The notes beneath the pieces are model-generated. The model searched no databases. It was not told the DNA's origin and saw only the letters and a program-made list of their open reading frames with translations. A stretch of DNA of 60,912 nucleotides, the filler included, from Stramenopiles sp. TOSAG23-6 (lineage: Eukaryota): NCBI GenBank assembly GCA_900128565.1. It is 11 parts of 11 records of this genome, joined end to end, with 100 filler letters (N's around TTAATTAATTAA, not from the genome) between each part and the next. Parts side by side here need not be neighbours in the genome. Positions count along the whole stretch, not along the records: positions 22,260 to 27,716 come from LT636905.1; positions 27,817 to 33,268 come from LT636906.1; positions 33,369 to 38,812 come from LT636907.1; 8 more parts are not named here. One strand, 5' to 3'. Both the position numbers and the translations under genes were made by a program. Position 1 is the stretch's first letter. Every line of letters begins with the position of its first letter. Of this stretch, positions 22,262 through 33,490 are shown in pieces.

Positions 22262-25066
22262 TTTTGTCAAAATAAGAAGATACTTCAAGATGCTCTTGGG
22301 GCAGCTTTGTCAGATATGCTAAAAAAACGGATCTTCATTAGCAAATGTACTTGTAATGAAACCTCAATGAAGAAACAAGCATTGCGGAAAAGTAGTGGCT
22401 TTATTTGGAAAAGTTTTGATGAAAGAATGTTCGCTACATTAACATATTCTTTGCATTTCTCGGCCAAGCTTGCAGTAAATGCACATATGTGGACAAGGTA
22501 TTTATTACTCATTCAAACTATAGATCAAAAACAATTTAGTCATTTGTTCTTTGCAAAACTAAAACAAAATGTTCCAAGCCTGACGCTTGATCCAAGTAAA
22601 GATTTCATTAAAATTGTCACAACAGTTCCATCAACAGTTTCATTAATGAATCAATCCTCAAAAGTAAGCGATGTATCTGATTTTTACACAATAAATCTGA
22701 GAATAAAAATGAATCGATTAAAAGTGAAATCTGATGATATTAGAAAAAGTGAAGAAATGGCTCTCAAACATTGGCTGATTGCTGCGTTGCCTGGAATCGA
22801 GGGAGACATTAAAGTAGAATCTTGTCCTTTAGATGTCAAAACACAAAACGAAACAGAAAAACTTTGGACTCTTGTTTACAACAGGTATCACTCTCAATTT
22901 CGAAAAGTGTATAAACAAAACATAAAAGCTCAACGAGTGCATTTCAATAAATTATTCAGGAATAGTGGAAATTTTATAATTAGGCGATCTTGTGAAGATT
23001 GTGAAAAGTCACACGAGGAAATATTTTACAAGAGGCTTACAAAATTAGACAAGTATAATCCTTTCAATGATTTCTTTCACTTTTGGTCAAGTAATGAAAA
23101 TGTCTTAAATGTTGACTTTGAGCTATATTCAAATTATGATGATGCTATTAAAGGTAAAACGGAATCTAGATGGCAGGTTTGCACATATAATAAAAAGGGA
23201 GTTGGATTTCCTGGTCTGTGTGGTCCAAATAAAGAAATGTTTGATGCTTTCAATGCTTACGATGCTTCTCTTCGCTGGAATATCAACGACGATTTGAGTA
23301 AAATAGGGACAAATAGCAGAAAAATTGCCTTCTTCATTCACAATAATACACCAAATATGGAAGCGACCTTTCAACTAATAATGCCTGTTCCAGCAGGAAA
23401 AAATCCGAACCCAAGTAATATTTCAAAAAAAACGACGAAGCTTTTACTTGACTACAAAACAACTCTGCTTCCAGAAGGATATTTCCTTGCATATAGCAAT
23501 CAGAATGGCGAAATTGAAAATGGTATTTTCACACCTATTGAATTAGGATTTATAATTCGAAAAGAAGAAACCTTAAAGGGGCTCATTTTTAATACAAAAG
23601 GAATGACCACAAGATCATTTTGTATCGGTGTAGTAGTGAGATCAGCTTGTTTCATTTCGCCTCAGATACACAGCAAGGAAGAGTGTATGTCCATCGATGG
23701 CTGTAAATGGGTAGAAGAAATGCGAGGTACTGGTTCAAATATTACTTGTGATGGCGTACCTAATAATTGCAATACTATGCATTTCAATGGACAAAAGTGT
23801 GAAAGAACACCAGGTTGTAAATTCGTTCCTAACGGCTTCCTAAGGTCAAATCTGAAGAAACTCCACCTAGGAACAGCTACAAAGCAAATCCAAACTACCA
23901 AGATTGCTAAAAGTACTCGTCCGGTAAATATAGAAGGATTAATAGAGATAAGAGCTGCACTGAAGGATAATGCAGATGTATGGTTATCTCCCCTTATAAC
24001 TGCATTACAAGCAACATTTGGCGAATTTTTAAAGATACCACTAGAAGACATATTTCTTTCTCAGATATTTGTGAAAAGTGACACCGCATATCCCAATATT
24101 TGCACCATGGATAAAATTTCAACTAACAATGATACATATAAAAGTGCAAAAGTTACTGTTTCATTTTCTGCGATGCTTAAAAACGAAAACATTCTGAAGG
24201 CAGAGTATTTTATTTTTCAACTAGAACAACTGCAAAAGGATAAAACGGTTTCAAAGCGTTTTGCTGAACGCCTCGTTGCAATTACAGATGAATTAGGTAA
24301 ATACAGATTCTATATACCCAAATCCGGGAATAATTTCGATTGTTATCCTATTCAAATATGTAATATAGAAATTAGCGAACATACACGAAATATGGCACAA
24401 CAACAAAACAAAGCAAAAAAAAACCTTGTTCCTGAAAATTTAGATCTTATTCCTACAAACTTAAATTTTATTTCAGAAAATTTAAGAAAGGAAATATTTT
24501 CTAAGCAAAATACTAATGCAGAATTCGTAGATTCAACTCACATCTATGAACCAGAAGCTATTTCTATTTATCAAAATACAAACTTCGAAATTGAAAATTC
24601 TGCTGTTGATATAGAAGCTGTCGATGTTGCACTAGTATTTCTCGGTATAAATACATCGTCATTAATTTCCCAAGAAATTCGAAAAATTGGCCCCGCTATT
24701 TTGGAAGCAATCTCTACAAATTCCCCTAAAGGTAATGACAATAAAATTACTGTGACTATTCGAGATTTCTTAATGATAAGAACTCCCAAATTACTGAATT
24801 CCGGGGGACGTGCGGATATTCGATTGACATCTAACCATTACACACCCAAAGAAATGATAAGGAAATTTATTGCTGCTATGAATGATAATACCTTAGTATT
24901 TTGTAAATCGCTAAAAGCTTTTCCTACTGAATTTGAGAGACGTTTACTTGGCAAAACAGGTACTAGGCTTACCATGGCTAAGCTGTGTGTACCAACACTG
25001 CGTAACGTATGTCATAATGAAGAGAGTAGTATGAAAACATGCGATGATATAATCTACGAGAATTAA
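22262..25066 (+). CDS. Large uncharacterised, probably extracellular protein (5'-partial, intronless)
   Basis: Over 919 aa open, with Cys-containing modules (RRSCEDC..FYKRLT..WQVCTYN..GFPGLCGP; CMSIDGCKW). Confidence 0.65.
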   Translation, partial: FCQNKKILQDALGAALSDMLKKRIFISKCTCNETSMKKQALRKSSGFIWKSFDERMFATLTYSLHFSAKLAVNAHMWTRYLLLIQTIDQKQFSHLFFAKLKQNVPSLTLDPSKDFIKIVTTVPSTVSLMNQSSKVSDVSDFYTINLRIKMNRLKVKSDDIRKSEEMALKHWLIAALPGIEGDIKVESCPLDVKTQNETEKLWTLVYNRYHSQFRKVYKQNIKAQRVHFNKLFRNSGNFIIRRSCEDCEKSHEEIFYKRLTKLDKYNPFNDFFHFWSSNENVLNVDFELYSNYDDAIKGKTESRWQVCTYNKKGVGFPGLCGPNKEMFDAFNAYDASLRWNINDDLSKIGTNSRKIAFFIHNNTPNMEATFQLIMPVPAGKNPNPSNISKKTTKLLLDYKTTLLPEGYFLAYSNQNGEIENGIFTPIELGFIIRKEETLKGLIFNTKGMTTRSFCIGVVVRSACFISPQIHSKEECMSIDGCKWVEEMRGTGSNITCDGVPNNCNTMHFNGQKCERTPGCKFVPNGFLRSNLKKLHLGTATKQIQTTKIAKSTRPVNIEGLIEIRAALKDNADVWLSPLITALQATFGEFLKIPLEDIFLSQIFVKSDTAYPNICTMDKISTNNDTYKSAKVTVSFSAMLKNENILKAEYFIFQLEQLQKDKTVSKRFAERLVAITDELGKYRFYIPKSGNNFDCYPIQICNIEISEHTRNMAQQQNKAKKNLVPENLDLIPTNLNFISENLRKEIFSKQNTNAEFVDSTHIYEPEAISIYQNTNFEIENSAVDIEAVDVALVFLGINTSSLISQEIRKIGPAILEAISTNSPKGNDNKITVTIRDFLMIRTPKLLNSGGRADIRLTSNHYTPKEMIRKFIAAMNDNTLVFCKSLKAFPTEFERRLLGKTGTRLTMAKLCVPTLRNVCHNEESSMKTCDDIIYEN

Positions 25067-25112
25067 AAAAAAAACTAAAGTTTTTATTCTTAAATGTTTA
25101 CAAATAAAAAAC

Positions 25113-26831
25113 TCACACTGGTATATTATTTACTTTCTCAATGAAACTATAGAGAGTCCTAGTCTTCTTATACAAAATTATTGAGCCAACAGAAGCAATA
25201 AGACCAACACACGATATAATAATCATCGATAATCTATAACAAATATTTCCATGACAAGACAAAATTTCTTCTGCATCTATATGAGAATGATTATCATATA
25301 TTCGACTAAATAGTAGGACAGAGAATACAATTGATCCCAACATTGGACCAAATTGTAAAAAGCTGTAGATTGCGCCAAGATTTGTTTGTCCAAATAAGTC
25401 AGAAGCAATAGTTGGTAGAAGTGCCCATAGCATACCGTAAGCAAAACCAATAACTACCATAATAGGACAGAGAGCCGTATATGATGTATTGAAGGCAAGG
25501 CAAATACAACCAATTGTATTTAATACCGTTGAAACGACAAAAAATATTGGGCCAGTCAGAGCTCGCCCCGCACAGTTTGACACAGACACAATTGTAACCA
25601 GAAATGATACACATTTTGAGTCATATCGGCCTTTCAAAGCTTGACCAATTTGAGCCAAGTTATTTATTACAGTCAGGCCAGCACCCGTACCAGAAAATAC
25701 GATGAGGAAGAATAACCAAAAATTACACGACTTCATCGCTTCTAGAAATGTAAAATCTTCTCTTAAAGTAAAGCTTTGAACCCTCTCAGGAGTCACATCA
25801 CTATTTACACTGTTCATACTCGAACAATGTACTGGTTTTGTAGCGTCTCTAATGTCAATGGTATCAGATATGCTACTACTATATGCACTGTCTGCTAATA
25901 GAGGTTGACTTATACGTCTCCCACGTTGGTGCTGTGGCTCCACAACCGTAGATTTTTCAACCGTCTCAGTGTTCTCATTGACCACATTTTTTTGAATAAA
26001 CGGAATTCCAAGGAAAAGCAACACGGCGCCAAATGTCATGCATGATAATATTTTCTTCGTTCGAATGCCACTTCCCCAACCCATGTTTTCGAAAATGGTA
26101 CTTGATGTAGTCAAAACTACCATGAGACCAACAATACCAAACCCATAAATGAAGGATCTCATGGACACTTGTCCAAGCCGCTCCATTTCTGAAACTTTTT
26201 GCATAAATATGATAGCAACTATTATTACAATGCCACATATAATGGGTATCGTAAGCAAAAAATCTTCTGTTGAAGAAATATCGATATTAGAGGACTCAGT
26301 TGGTGGTAAAAAAAAACTTGAGAATAACTGGGCAAAAAGAGATGCTCCTAAACCATTCAACGCTTTCAAAAGTGCAATAACATACCCTCGGTGTTTTGGA
26401 AAATTATAAATATTCGTTACAATTATTGATGTGTCCAACCAAGGTAGAGACTGTGACGCTAACCAGTAGTAAAATGAAACACTAGCAAGGCTCGACTTAA
26501 TTCTTTTTGTAATAGCTAAATAGAGCAAAGACCATCCAGTTACGGTAAGGAATAATCCCACCGAAGCAGTTTTCTTTGCCCCATAACGATCATAAAAAAA
26601 CCCAGCAGCTAACCCAAAGTAACCGCCAACGTTTCCTAATGTACCAACTACTTGCACGTGCGTTTGGTTCCATCCAAAGACTTCTTTTGACTTAAAGATA
26701 GGTGCAAATAACGCAAACGTATAAACGACACCACAACTCAAAGAAAGAATTAATGACGCAACAAGAGATACCCACCGAATCCTTTGGTTATCACAAATTT
26801 GCATAGGAGGTTTTAGAAGATAATTATACAA
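25113..26831 (-). CDS. MFS transporter, nodulin-like/NFD4 family
   Basis: About 12 TM helices; GVVYTFALFAP, AGFFYDRYG, NFPKHRGYVIALLKA, GAGLTVINNLAQIG and ASDLFG. Confidence 0.88.
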   Translation of the reverse strand: MYNYLLKPPMQICDNQRIRWVSLVASLILSLSCGVVYTFALFAPIFKSKEVFGWNQTHVQVVGTLGNVGGYFGLAAGFFYDRYGAKKTASVGLFLTVTGWSLLYLAITKRIKSSLASVSFYYWLASQSLPWLDTSIIVTNIYNFPKHRGYVIALLKALNGLGASLFAQLFSSFFLPPTESSNIDISSTEDFLLTIPIICGIVIIVAIIFMQKVSEMERLGQVSMRSFIYGFGIVGLMVVLTTSSTIFENMGWGSGIRTKKILSCMTFGAVLLFLGIPFIQKNVVNENTETVEKSTVVEPQHQRGRRISQPLLADSAYSSSISDTIDIRDATKPVHCSSMNSVNSDVTPERVQSFTLREDFTFLEAMKSCNFWLFFLIVFSGTGAGLTVINNLAQIGQALKGRYDSKCVSFLVTIVSVSNCAGRALTGPIFFVVSTVLNTIGCICLAFNTSYTALCPIMVVIGFAYGMLWALLPTIASDLFGQTNLGAIYSFLQFGPMLGSIVFSVLLFSRIYDNHSHIDAEEILSCHGNICYRLSMIIISCVGLIASVGSIILYKKTRTLYSFIEKVNNIPV

Positions 26832-27097
26832 AGTATACTGTTGGAGAATAAAAAACTAATACTCTGAGTGATGTGAAAATATGTTTTTCTACAATTCAGG
26901 AACTCAATAGCTAGATGATGGCAAATGTGTGGTACAAACAGCAGAACAGTTAGTTGCAGATGACAGGTGAGATTTTCACTGGCTCTCTAGTAGCCTGATA
27001 TGATATCATATCATATCTACGGATTTTCGTACAAAATCGTGGTAAGTCTACGATTTTTTCTAAATTGCAAATATTTTTATAATTGTATTTTAAATTC

Positions 27098-27600
27098 CTA
27101 TTTTACAACATCTACACCTGTACCTGCTCTAAGAGCTTCATGCATATTAATCTCTTTGAGCTTCTTACAAAAAAGTGACGAATTTGTCATTTCAAGCATA
27201 TTTGGAAATAATCTCAAACTGTCTATTTCTGTGTTCTCTTCTACCTCTTCATCCTGTTGCCACCTTAAACGAATTTCTTTCCATCTTTCATGCTTCACAC
27301 GTCGAATAAAGTCTTTCATATTGGCTGACTCACCTTCAGCAAAAATCCATCCTGGGCGACCAATTTTGCACAATCCTGTCACTTTTAATTCAGAACTGAT
27401 TTTGTATACAAATTTTTGTTTGACTCTCATATGATGCGTCCAGAAAAAAACACGGGTTATTTTTGAAACACTTGAAACTCGCTCTGGGAGCAATTCTCGG
27501 GGAATTTCAGCGTTTATTGTAGTCGCTGTATCTGAACCTTTAGATGACGAGTTATTAACATCTGTTCTAAATTTGGAAAACCAAGCTCTAACTTTCGCAA
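27098..27600 (-). CDS. RWDD2: RWDD2-like protein, DUF1115 domain (5' end uncertain)
   Basis: RVFFWTHHM..SSELKVTGLCKIGRPGWIFAEG..FIRRVKHERWK..LKEINMHEAL. Confidence 0.7.
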
Positions 27601-27816
27601 CATACTTCTAAATCTCGGTAATCCCATTGCCTTAACAAATAACTCTTTTTTGCACCAACTACTAAGTCTGTCACTTAAGACGACGTACGGATCAGGGCGA
27701 AAGTAATGGGTTAAAGNNNNNNNNNNNNNNNNNNNNNNNNNNNNNNNNNNNNNNNNNNNNTTAATTAATTAANNNNNNNNNNNNNNNNNNNNNNNNNNNN
27801 NNNNNNNNNNNNNNNN

Positions 27817-28247
27817 GTCAAATCCACGAAAACTAAATTCGAAATTTAAGTCAACCAGCGGAAGATAAGATGAAAGATCAAGCTCTGACTCTAGGGATTA
27901 GTGCACTGTCGTATGATTTTATTGGTACGAATCCTGATGAAGCATCGTCTGAAGTGGGTACTCAGCAGATACCAACATATTGGCGCAAGACTATCCAAGA
28001 CCCAGCAACTCTACAGTTATTGTTTGATGTACGTTTTTTTTACAATTTCGAATTTATTTATTTTTTATAGAAAAGTTTGTACCTAACGATTTTTTTTTGT
28101 GTCATATTTTTTTGTACTACATGTATATCAGGCCAATACCGCACCACATTCAGCTCAAGCTCTCGAACTCATTATGTTACTTGCAGCTGTTCGTAGGTCA
28201 ATTTTTTCAAGTGCGAATGAACGGAAACTTTTTTTAGCAAGGCTTAT
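27817..28247 (+). CDS. XPO7: Exportin-7/RanBP16 fragment (2 exons; GT-AT intron 28029-28122)
   Basis: LSYDFIGTNPDEASSEVGTQQIPTYWR..TLQLLFD|VYQ..LAAVRRSIFS..ERKLFLARL. Confidence 0.88.
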
Positions 28248-28379
28248 GTGCGTTTTCATGATTTTTTTCAATTTCGTTTTTTTTTCATACGCAATTTTGT
28301 ACCTCAGATTTTTTTTTTTGTATGAAAATTCTATGCCTAATGAATTTCATATGTTTTGAAATATTTTCTTACAATTTAT

Positions 28380-29288
28380 GTTGCATTGACTAGAGCTAAA
28401 TCAAAATTAATTATCATTGGTTCTGTTAGTACATTAAAAAATGATCAAATTTTATCAAAATTAATAAGTTTAGCAAATAAAAATTCGTGGATTTGTCAAA
28501 TTCCAAGAGATGGTTTACAGTACTATCCAACGTATCTAATGAACCCTAACCCTAACTCGTCCAAAACATCTACAGTTGTACAACAAATAAAGACATCAAA
28601 AAATATTGAAATGAAAAAAAATCAAAAAAATCAAAAAAATCAAAAAAAATGCAAAAATGGTTTGATTGATAATTTATCGGCAATTGAATGGGACTCTTTA
28701 TTTGATTCAATTGATGATGATGAATTAATGTCAACTGTAGATCCTACTAACCCTAACCCTAACCCTACTTCATCTTGTCATATCGATCAAAGTGAAACTA
28801 AAAATGAATATAAAAAAAAAAAAAACCCTAATTCCATGACTTTACCACCACCGAAGAGATTTCGTGCAAGTCAAACAATTTTACAATCACGGAAAACACG
28901 AAATACAGGTAATTTTTCCACAGATCATGTTGGTTCAATCACACGAAATATCCTCTTAGAGACGGAAGGACCAACGTATTCCACTAGTAGTAGTAGTAGT
29001 AGTGTTGTACTAAGTAATTCGAATAATAAACGACGAAAGAGACAACAACAACAAGTGCGTAACCCTAACCCTAATGATAACAATACCACGAATGGAAGTA
29101 ACTCTCAACAAATTCCAAATTCGTTACGTACAAAAGTTGGTACAAAAAAAACTCAAAAAACACAAAATTCAATTTCAAATTTATTTTGTACAAATGAAAA
29201 TAACAAAAATATGAAAAATATGATACGTCCTACCATTGCTACAGATAATACAAATGTGGGTTATCGAAAAAGACGAAAAAGAAACTAA
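28380..29288 (+). CDS. DNA2: Last exon of an SF1 (Upf1-like) helicase, probably DNA2
   Basis: Helicase motif VI VALTRAKSKLIIIGSVSTL followed by a low-complexity tail. Confidence 0.65.
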   Translation, partial: VALTRAKSKLIIIGSVSTLKNDQILSKLISLANKNSWICQIPRDGLQYYPTYLMNPNPNSSKTSTVVQQIKTSKNIEMKKNQKNQKNQKKCKNGLIDNLSAIEWDSLFDSIDDDELMSTVDPTNPNPNPTSSCHIDQSETKNEYKKKKNPNSMTLPPPKRFRASQTILQSRKTRNTGNFSTDHVGSITRNILLETEGPTYSTSSSSSSVVLSNSNNKRRKRQQQQVRNPNPNDNNTTNGSNSQQIPNSLRTKVGTKKTQKTQNSISNLFCTNENNKNMKNMIRPTIATDNTNVGYRKRRKRN

Positions 29289-29389
29289 ATATTTAACAAC
29301 CCTAACCCTAAGTAAACAAAATTTTATCTCTGTATTTGTAGTATTATTTTTGGTGTACCAAATTTTTCTTCTAAAATTTAAAAATTCTT

Positions 29390-32225
29390 CTAAAATTCTT
29401 CGGAACAGTCTGACTCCACATCGATATCATCACAATTTGTATTACTATATGATACATTTTTACTATCATTATCACTAATCGAAGCCAAGTTTTCAATCAT
29501 TGTCTTTTCGTTATTAAATTCATCATTTGTTTCTATAGTTGTACTACTATTATTATTAAATTCATCATTTGTTTCTATAGTTGTACTACTACTATTATTA
29601 TTATTATTATTAAATTCATCATTTGTTTTTATAGTTGTACTACTATTATTATTATTATTATTTTGTGATAAACAAACTGACAATTTATCATTGCAAATAT
29701 CATCAATAAATGCAGAAATAGTCATAACATTTTTTGATGCTTGAGTAGCATTCATTTTTTTACACTTTACAATTTCTTCACTAATAGCGGAAGGATTTTC
29801 GTCTTCATTTTGAACAATTACAATTGACGATGCTGCACGCCACCTGCATGGTTTGTATAGACAAAAATATGTCACTTAAAAAAATGTTAGTATAGGTTTG
29901 TATAATAAAAACAAATGTTGGCATAGGTTTGTATAATAAAAAAAAATGTTGACATAGGTTTGTACAATATTTTCCTTTCAAAAAAAAAAAATATATATAT
30001 ATATATAAATATTAGGTATACAATTTCGTATATAAAATGATGAAAACGTACAATCCTCCAGCAGCTTCCACGAGTCGTTTAATGATGATTGGTCGGAATG
30101 GGCGTCTAATATTATTATTAATAAAAACATGAATACCGTCTAAAAGTCGAGCAGTTTTGTTATTTTTTTGTTGGTATGAACAATACATTGGATGTAAGTG
30201 ATCACTTTCAGCTGCAAACAGTTCATTAGGGTTAGGGTTTGTAGGGTTCGCCTTATTTTCTAATTGAATCAATGAATTTGACTTATCAAGTGAAGAATAT
30301 AACCATGACGGTGATAAAATCCAAGATTTTCGTGCTAAAGCAAAAATCAGTTTTAGAGATCGTGAGTCACCCATTTAGTTTAGAAAATATGTTGTTACAT
30401 TGAATTCTTTTGTTAAAGGTACAAAATTTTGTAAGAGAGTTTTTTTTTAATTTGGGGAAATAAAAGAAAAAAAATGTTAGGTACAACATTTTTATAAAAA
30501 AAATATACAGATAAAAAAATCATGATGAAAACGTACATGTATATCAAATGAGTTATATGTATTGTGGAAAAATATTTCAAAAAAAATCTAAAAAAATTGT
30601 TAGGTACAAAATTTCGTATGAAACATAAATTCGAAATTGAAAAAAAAATAAAACATACATTCTCCTCATCTTTTTTTTGTTTTGCTATTTTCCATTTTTG
30701 TTTTTTTCCCTCACATTTTTGTATTATAGATGATGCAATACCTTGTAGAACAGGTTCATCCATACACGAAATCCCAGAAAATCCAATATTCATTACTTTA
30801 GTTGACAGTTTCATTTTTTTTGTATTTTTTATATTTTTGTTTTGACATTTTCTTTTATTAGATTGTTTACTACTTTTTGTATTTTTTGGTATTTTAGGGA
30901 TTTTTTGTTTTGTTTTTTTTACCTTTTCTATTTTTAATTGAGATATTGGCAGATTTAATTCAACATTAAAACCAGGAATTGTAACACGAAATCTTGGTAG
31001 AGATTTTTTAGATTTTTTTTTTTTTTTTTTGAACTTTGTTATGTTTTTCAACAATTTGCTCTACAATTTTTTCAACAATTATACCATTCACACCTCTATA
31101 AGGCCCACTACCACCAACAATTACATTTTGACCTTTTTTTAACAAACATTGTTTTGTTGTTTTTGTATTTTTTGTATTTTTTGTATTTTTTGTTGTTTTT
31201 GTATTTTTTGTATTTTTTGTTGATTTTGTTGTTGTATCTTTTGTTGATTTTGCTGTTTTATTTTTTGTTGTATTTTTTGTTGCATTTTTTGTTGATTTTG
31301 CTGTTGTATTTTTTGTATTTTTTGTATTTTTTGCATTTTTCGTTTTTGTATTTTTTGTTGATTTTGTTGTTGTATTTTTTGTTGATTTTGTTGTTGTATT
31401 TTTTGTTGATTTGGTTGTTTTATTTTTCGTTGTTGTATTTTTTGTTGATTTTGTTGTTGTATTTTTTGTTGTTGTATTTTTTTCCTCCAGAATCAATTTT
31501 GATGACTTATTATTCAAACTGTTCACTTTATCCCATAAATTTTCAGAATCATCATACACACCAGCATCAATTAGTTCTTGAGTAGACGCAATTGATTGAC
31601 TTGAACACAACTCAGAATCAATACGGGGTACAGCAGAGGGAAGATTTTGCTGCGTAGTTAATTCTGTACCTAATGTATTTACTGTTGTATTTGAATTGTT
31701 TTGATTGGACGTTTTGATAGTTGTTGATTGATGGTTTACTTGAGTGGTAGATAATATATCGGATTGACAAGATGGATTACTATCAACAAAGAAAGGTGTG
31801 ATCGATACTTCTGACTTTGTTGTCAAACACAAATCTATCCATGAAGGAGAGACCAGTGGAAGTTTATGTTCAAAAGCGTATAATTTAGCAGCAGATGTAC
31901 CGTTCATCCATATAACATGTGTGATACCATGTGAGCGACAAGACTTAACTACTTTAGCACCTAATTGTTTTAATTTGGAAGCAACAGGACTGGAGGCATC
32001 CACTGTGCCGTCACTTGTAAACACTGATACAAAGCACACAACTTTGGATAGAGGTTTATTCTTGTTTACATTAACGGTTGCATCGTTCTGATGCTGTGAA
32101 TGTAAAGTTTGCTTTGAAAAGTTGTTGTTTTTACCTTTTTTCGATAGTTTGGCGCTTCGCGATTTCGATAGTTTTGTGTTTCTTGCCTTGGATAACTTCT
32201 TTGATAACTTAGACACTCGACCCAT
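29390..32225 (-). CDS. MCPH1: Microcephalin-like multi-BRCT protein (repeat introns, 20-nt micro-exon 30537-30556, probable homopolymer frameshift near 31020)
   Basis: N-terminal BRCT KLKQLGAKVV..ITHVIWMNG..PLVSPSWIDLC; C-terminal BRCT ITHLIYM|GDSRSLKLIFALARKSWILSPSWL; TKNTT repeats. Confidence 0.7.
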
Positions 32226-32515
32226 CAGCCGAGAGACAAATGTATTGGAAACAAAATGAATATAGTATAAAGATATGCACAGTATTGTAGTAGAAATGGC
32301 TTAAATATATAATTATTCACGTTGTTTGGAGTTTTGATGATAACACTTTGTGCTTTTCGACAGTATATAGCTACTACTATAATTTATAAACTCTAATCAA
32401 GAATTAATTTAAGTCATTTTTGATGATTTCAATGTTTTCTCGTATTTCGTGTTGTGTTTTTTAATAAATCGAAGTAAAGACAAAATTAATTAAGGTATAG
32501 TCTTTTCTTTTTATT

Positions 32516-33268
32516 TCATGTACAAAAGGAAATTTCTTTAAAATTTGAAACAATATTTACAGGATTTCTTTCCTGGCATGTATTATGATTATTCGTCACA
32601 TTGCTATTTTTATCATTTTTCATGAGCTCTGAAGCATCTTTTGACTTTTTTTTACCAAATATGATAAGCCAATTAAGAAAATCTAGTCCCATGCCAGCTG
32701 AACTATGTTGCACCTTGGCACTAGGTGCAAATCCAAAAGAAAGTCCAATTTCAATTAAGTATGGTTTTAAGTACGGATTTCCATTTTTGTATGTTTTGTT
32801 ACTTTCAAAGTCTTGACCTACAATGATATCTACAGCAACAATTGTTAATTCACAATTAATTTTGGAAATATTTAAAGATTTTGAATTTCTGATTTCTTCT
32901 TGAGCACTTAAAACTCCAGCTTTTATTGCTTTAGTCGTAACATCTTCTATTCTCTCCCACATTTTGCTCCATGACTCACCAGTATGCTCCTTCACAGAAT
33001 CTATGAAATTGGTATGTGGTACCATAGTACCAGTTCTACCTTTGACATTGGTAAAATGTTTGTTTATGAAATCAAAACTATCACTGTTACCCATAGTCAT
33101 ATGTCTAGTTTGTTTTTCTTCTTCTTTTTCATTAAACGTTTTTTTATATGGAGCACCGGCAACCCGTACTAAAAAATATTTCTGGTATATATGAATTTTT
33201 AGCGTGGGTTCGACGGACTCTATAACAACATAAACCCTGATTTCACTTTTTTTATTTGATAGTAAAAG
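32516..33268 (-). CDS. Tubulin-tyrosine ligase-like protein, C-terminal part (5'-partial)
   Basis: IRVYVVIESVEP..IYQKYFLVRVAGAPY..HMT..AVDIIV..PYLIEI, ATP-grasp/TTL motifs. Confidence 0.72.
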   Translation of the reverse strand, partial: LLLSNKKSEIRVYVVIESVEPTLKIHIYQKYFLVRVAGAPYKKTFNEKEEEKQTRHMTMGNSDSFDFINKHFTNVKGRTGTMVPHTNFIDSVKEHTGESWSKMWERIEDVTTKAIKAGVLSAQEEIRNSKSLNISKINCELTIVAVDIIVGQDFESNKTYKNGNPYLKPYLIEIGLSFGFAPSAKVQHSSAGMGLDFLNWLIIFGKKKSKDASELMKNDKNSNVTNNHNTCQERNPVNIVSNFKEISFCT

Positions 33269-33490
33269 NNNNNNNNNNNNNNNNNNNNNNNNNNNNNNNN
33301 NNNNNNNNNNNNTTAATTAATTAANNNNNNNNNNNNNNNNNNNNNNNNNNNNNNNNNNNNNNNNNNNNTTTTATGTTTTTTTTTTTTTACCGAAAAAAAA
33401 AAAAATCGAATTTTTTTTTTTATAAAAATGTTGTACCTAACGATTTTTTTTTTTTCGGTAAAAAAAAAAAAATATTTTTCTAAAATACAT

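Noticed and set aside
31008-31054. Programmed frameshift or pseudogene in the MCPH1-like gene
   Set aside because: The break lies in a long homopolymer, so a sequencing or assembly error is more likely
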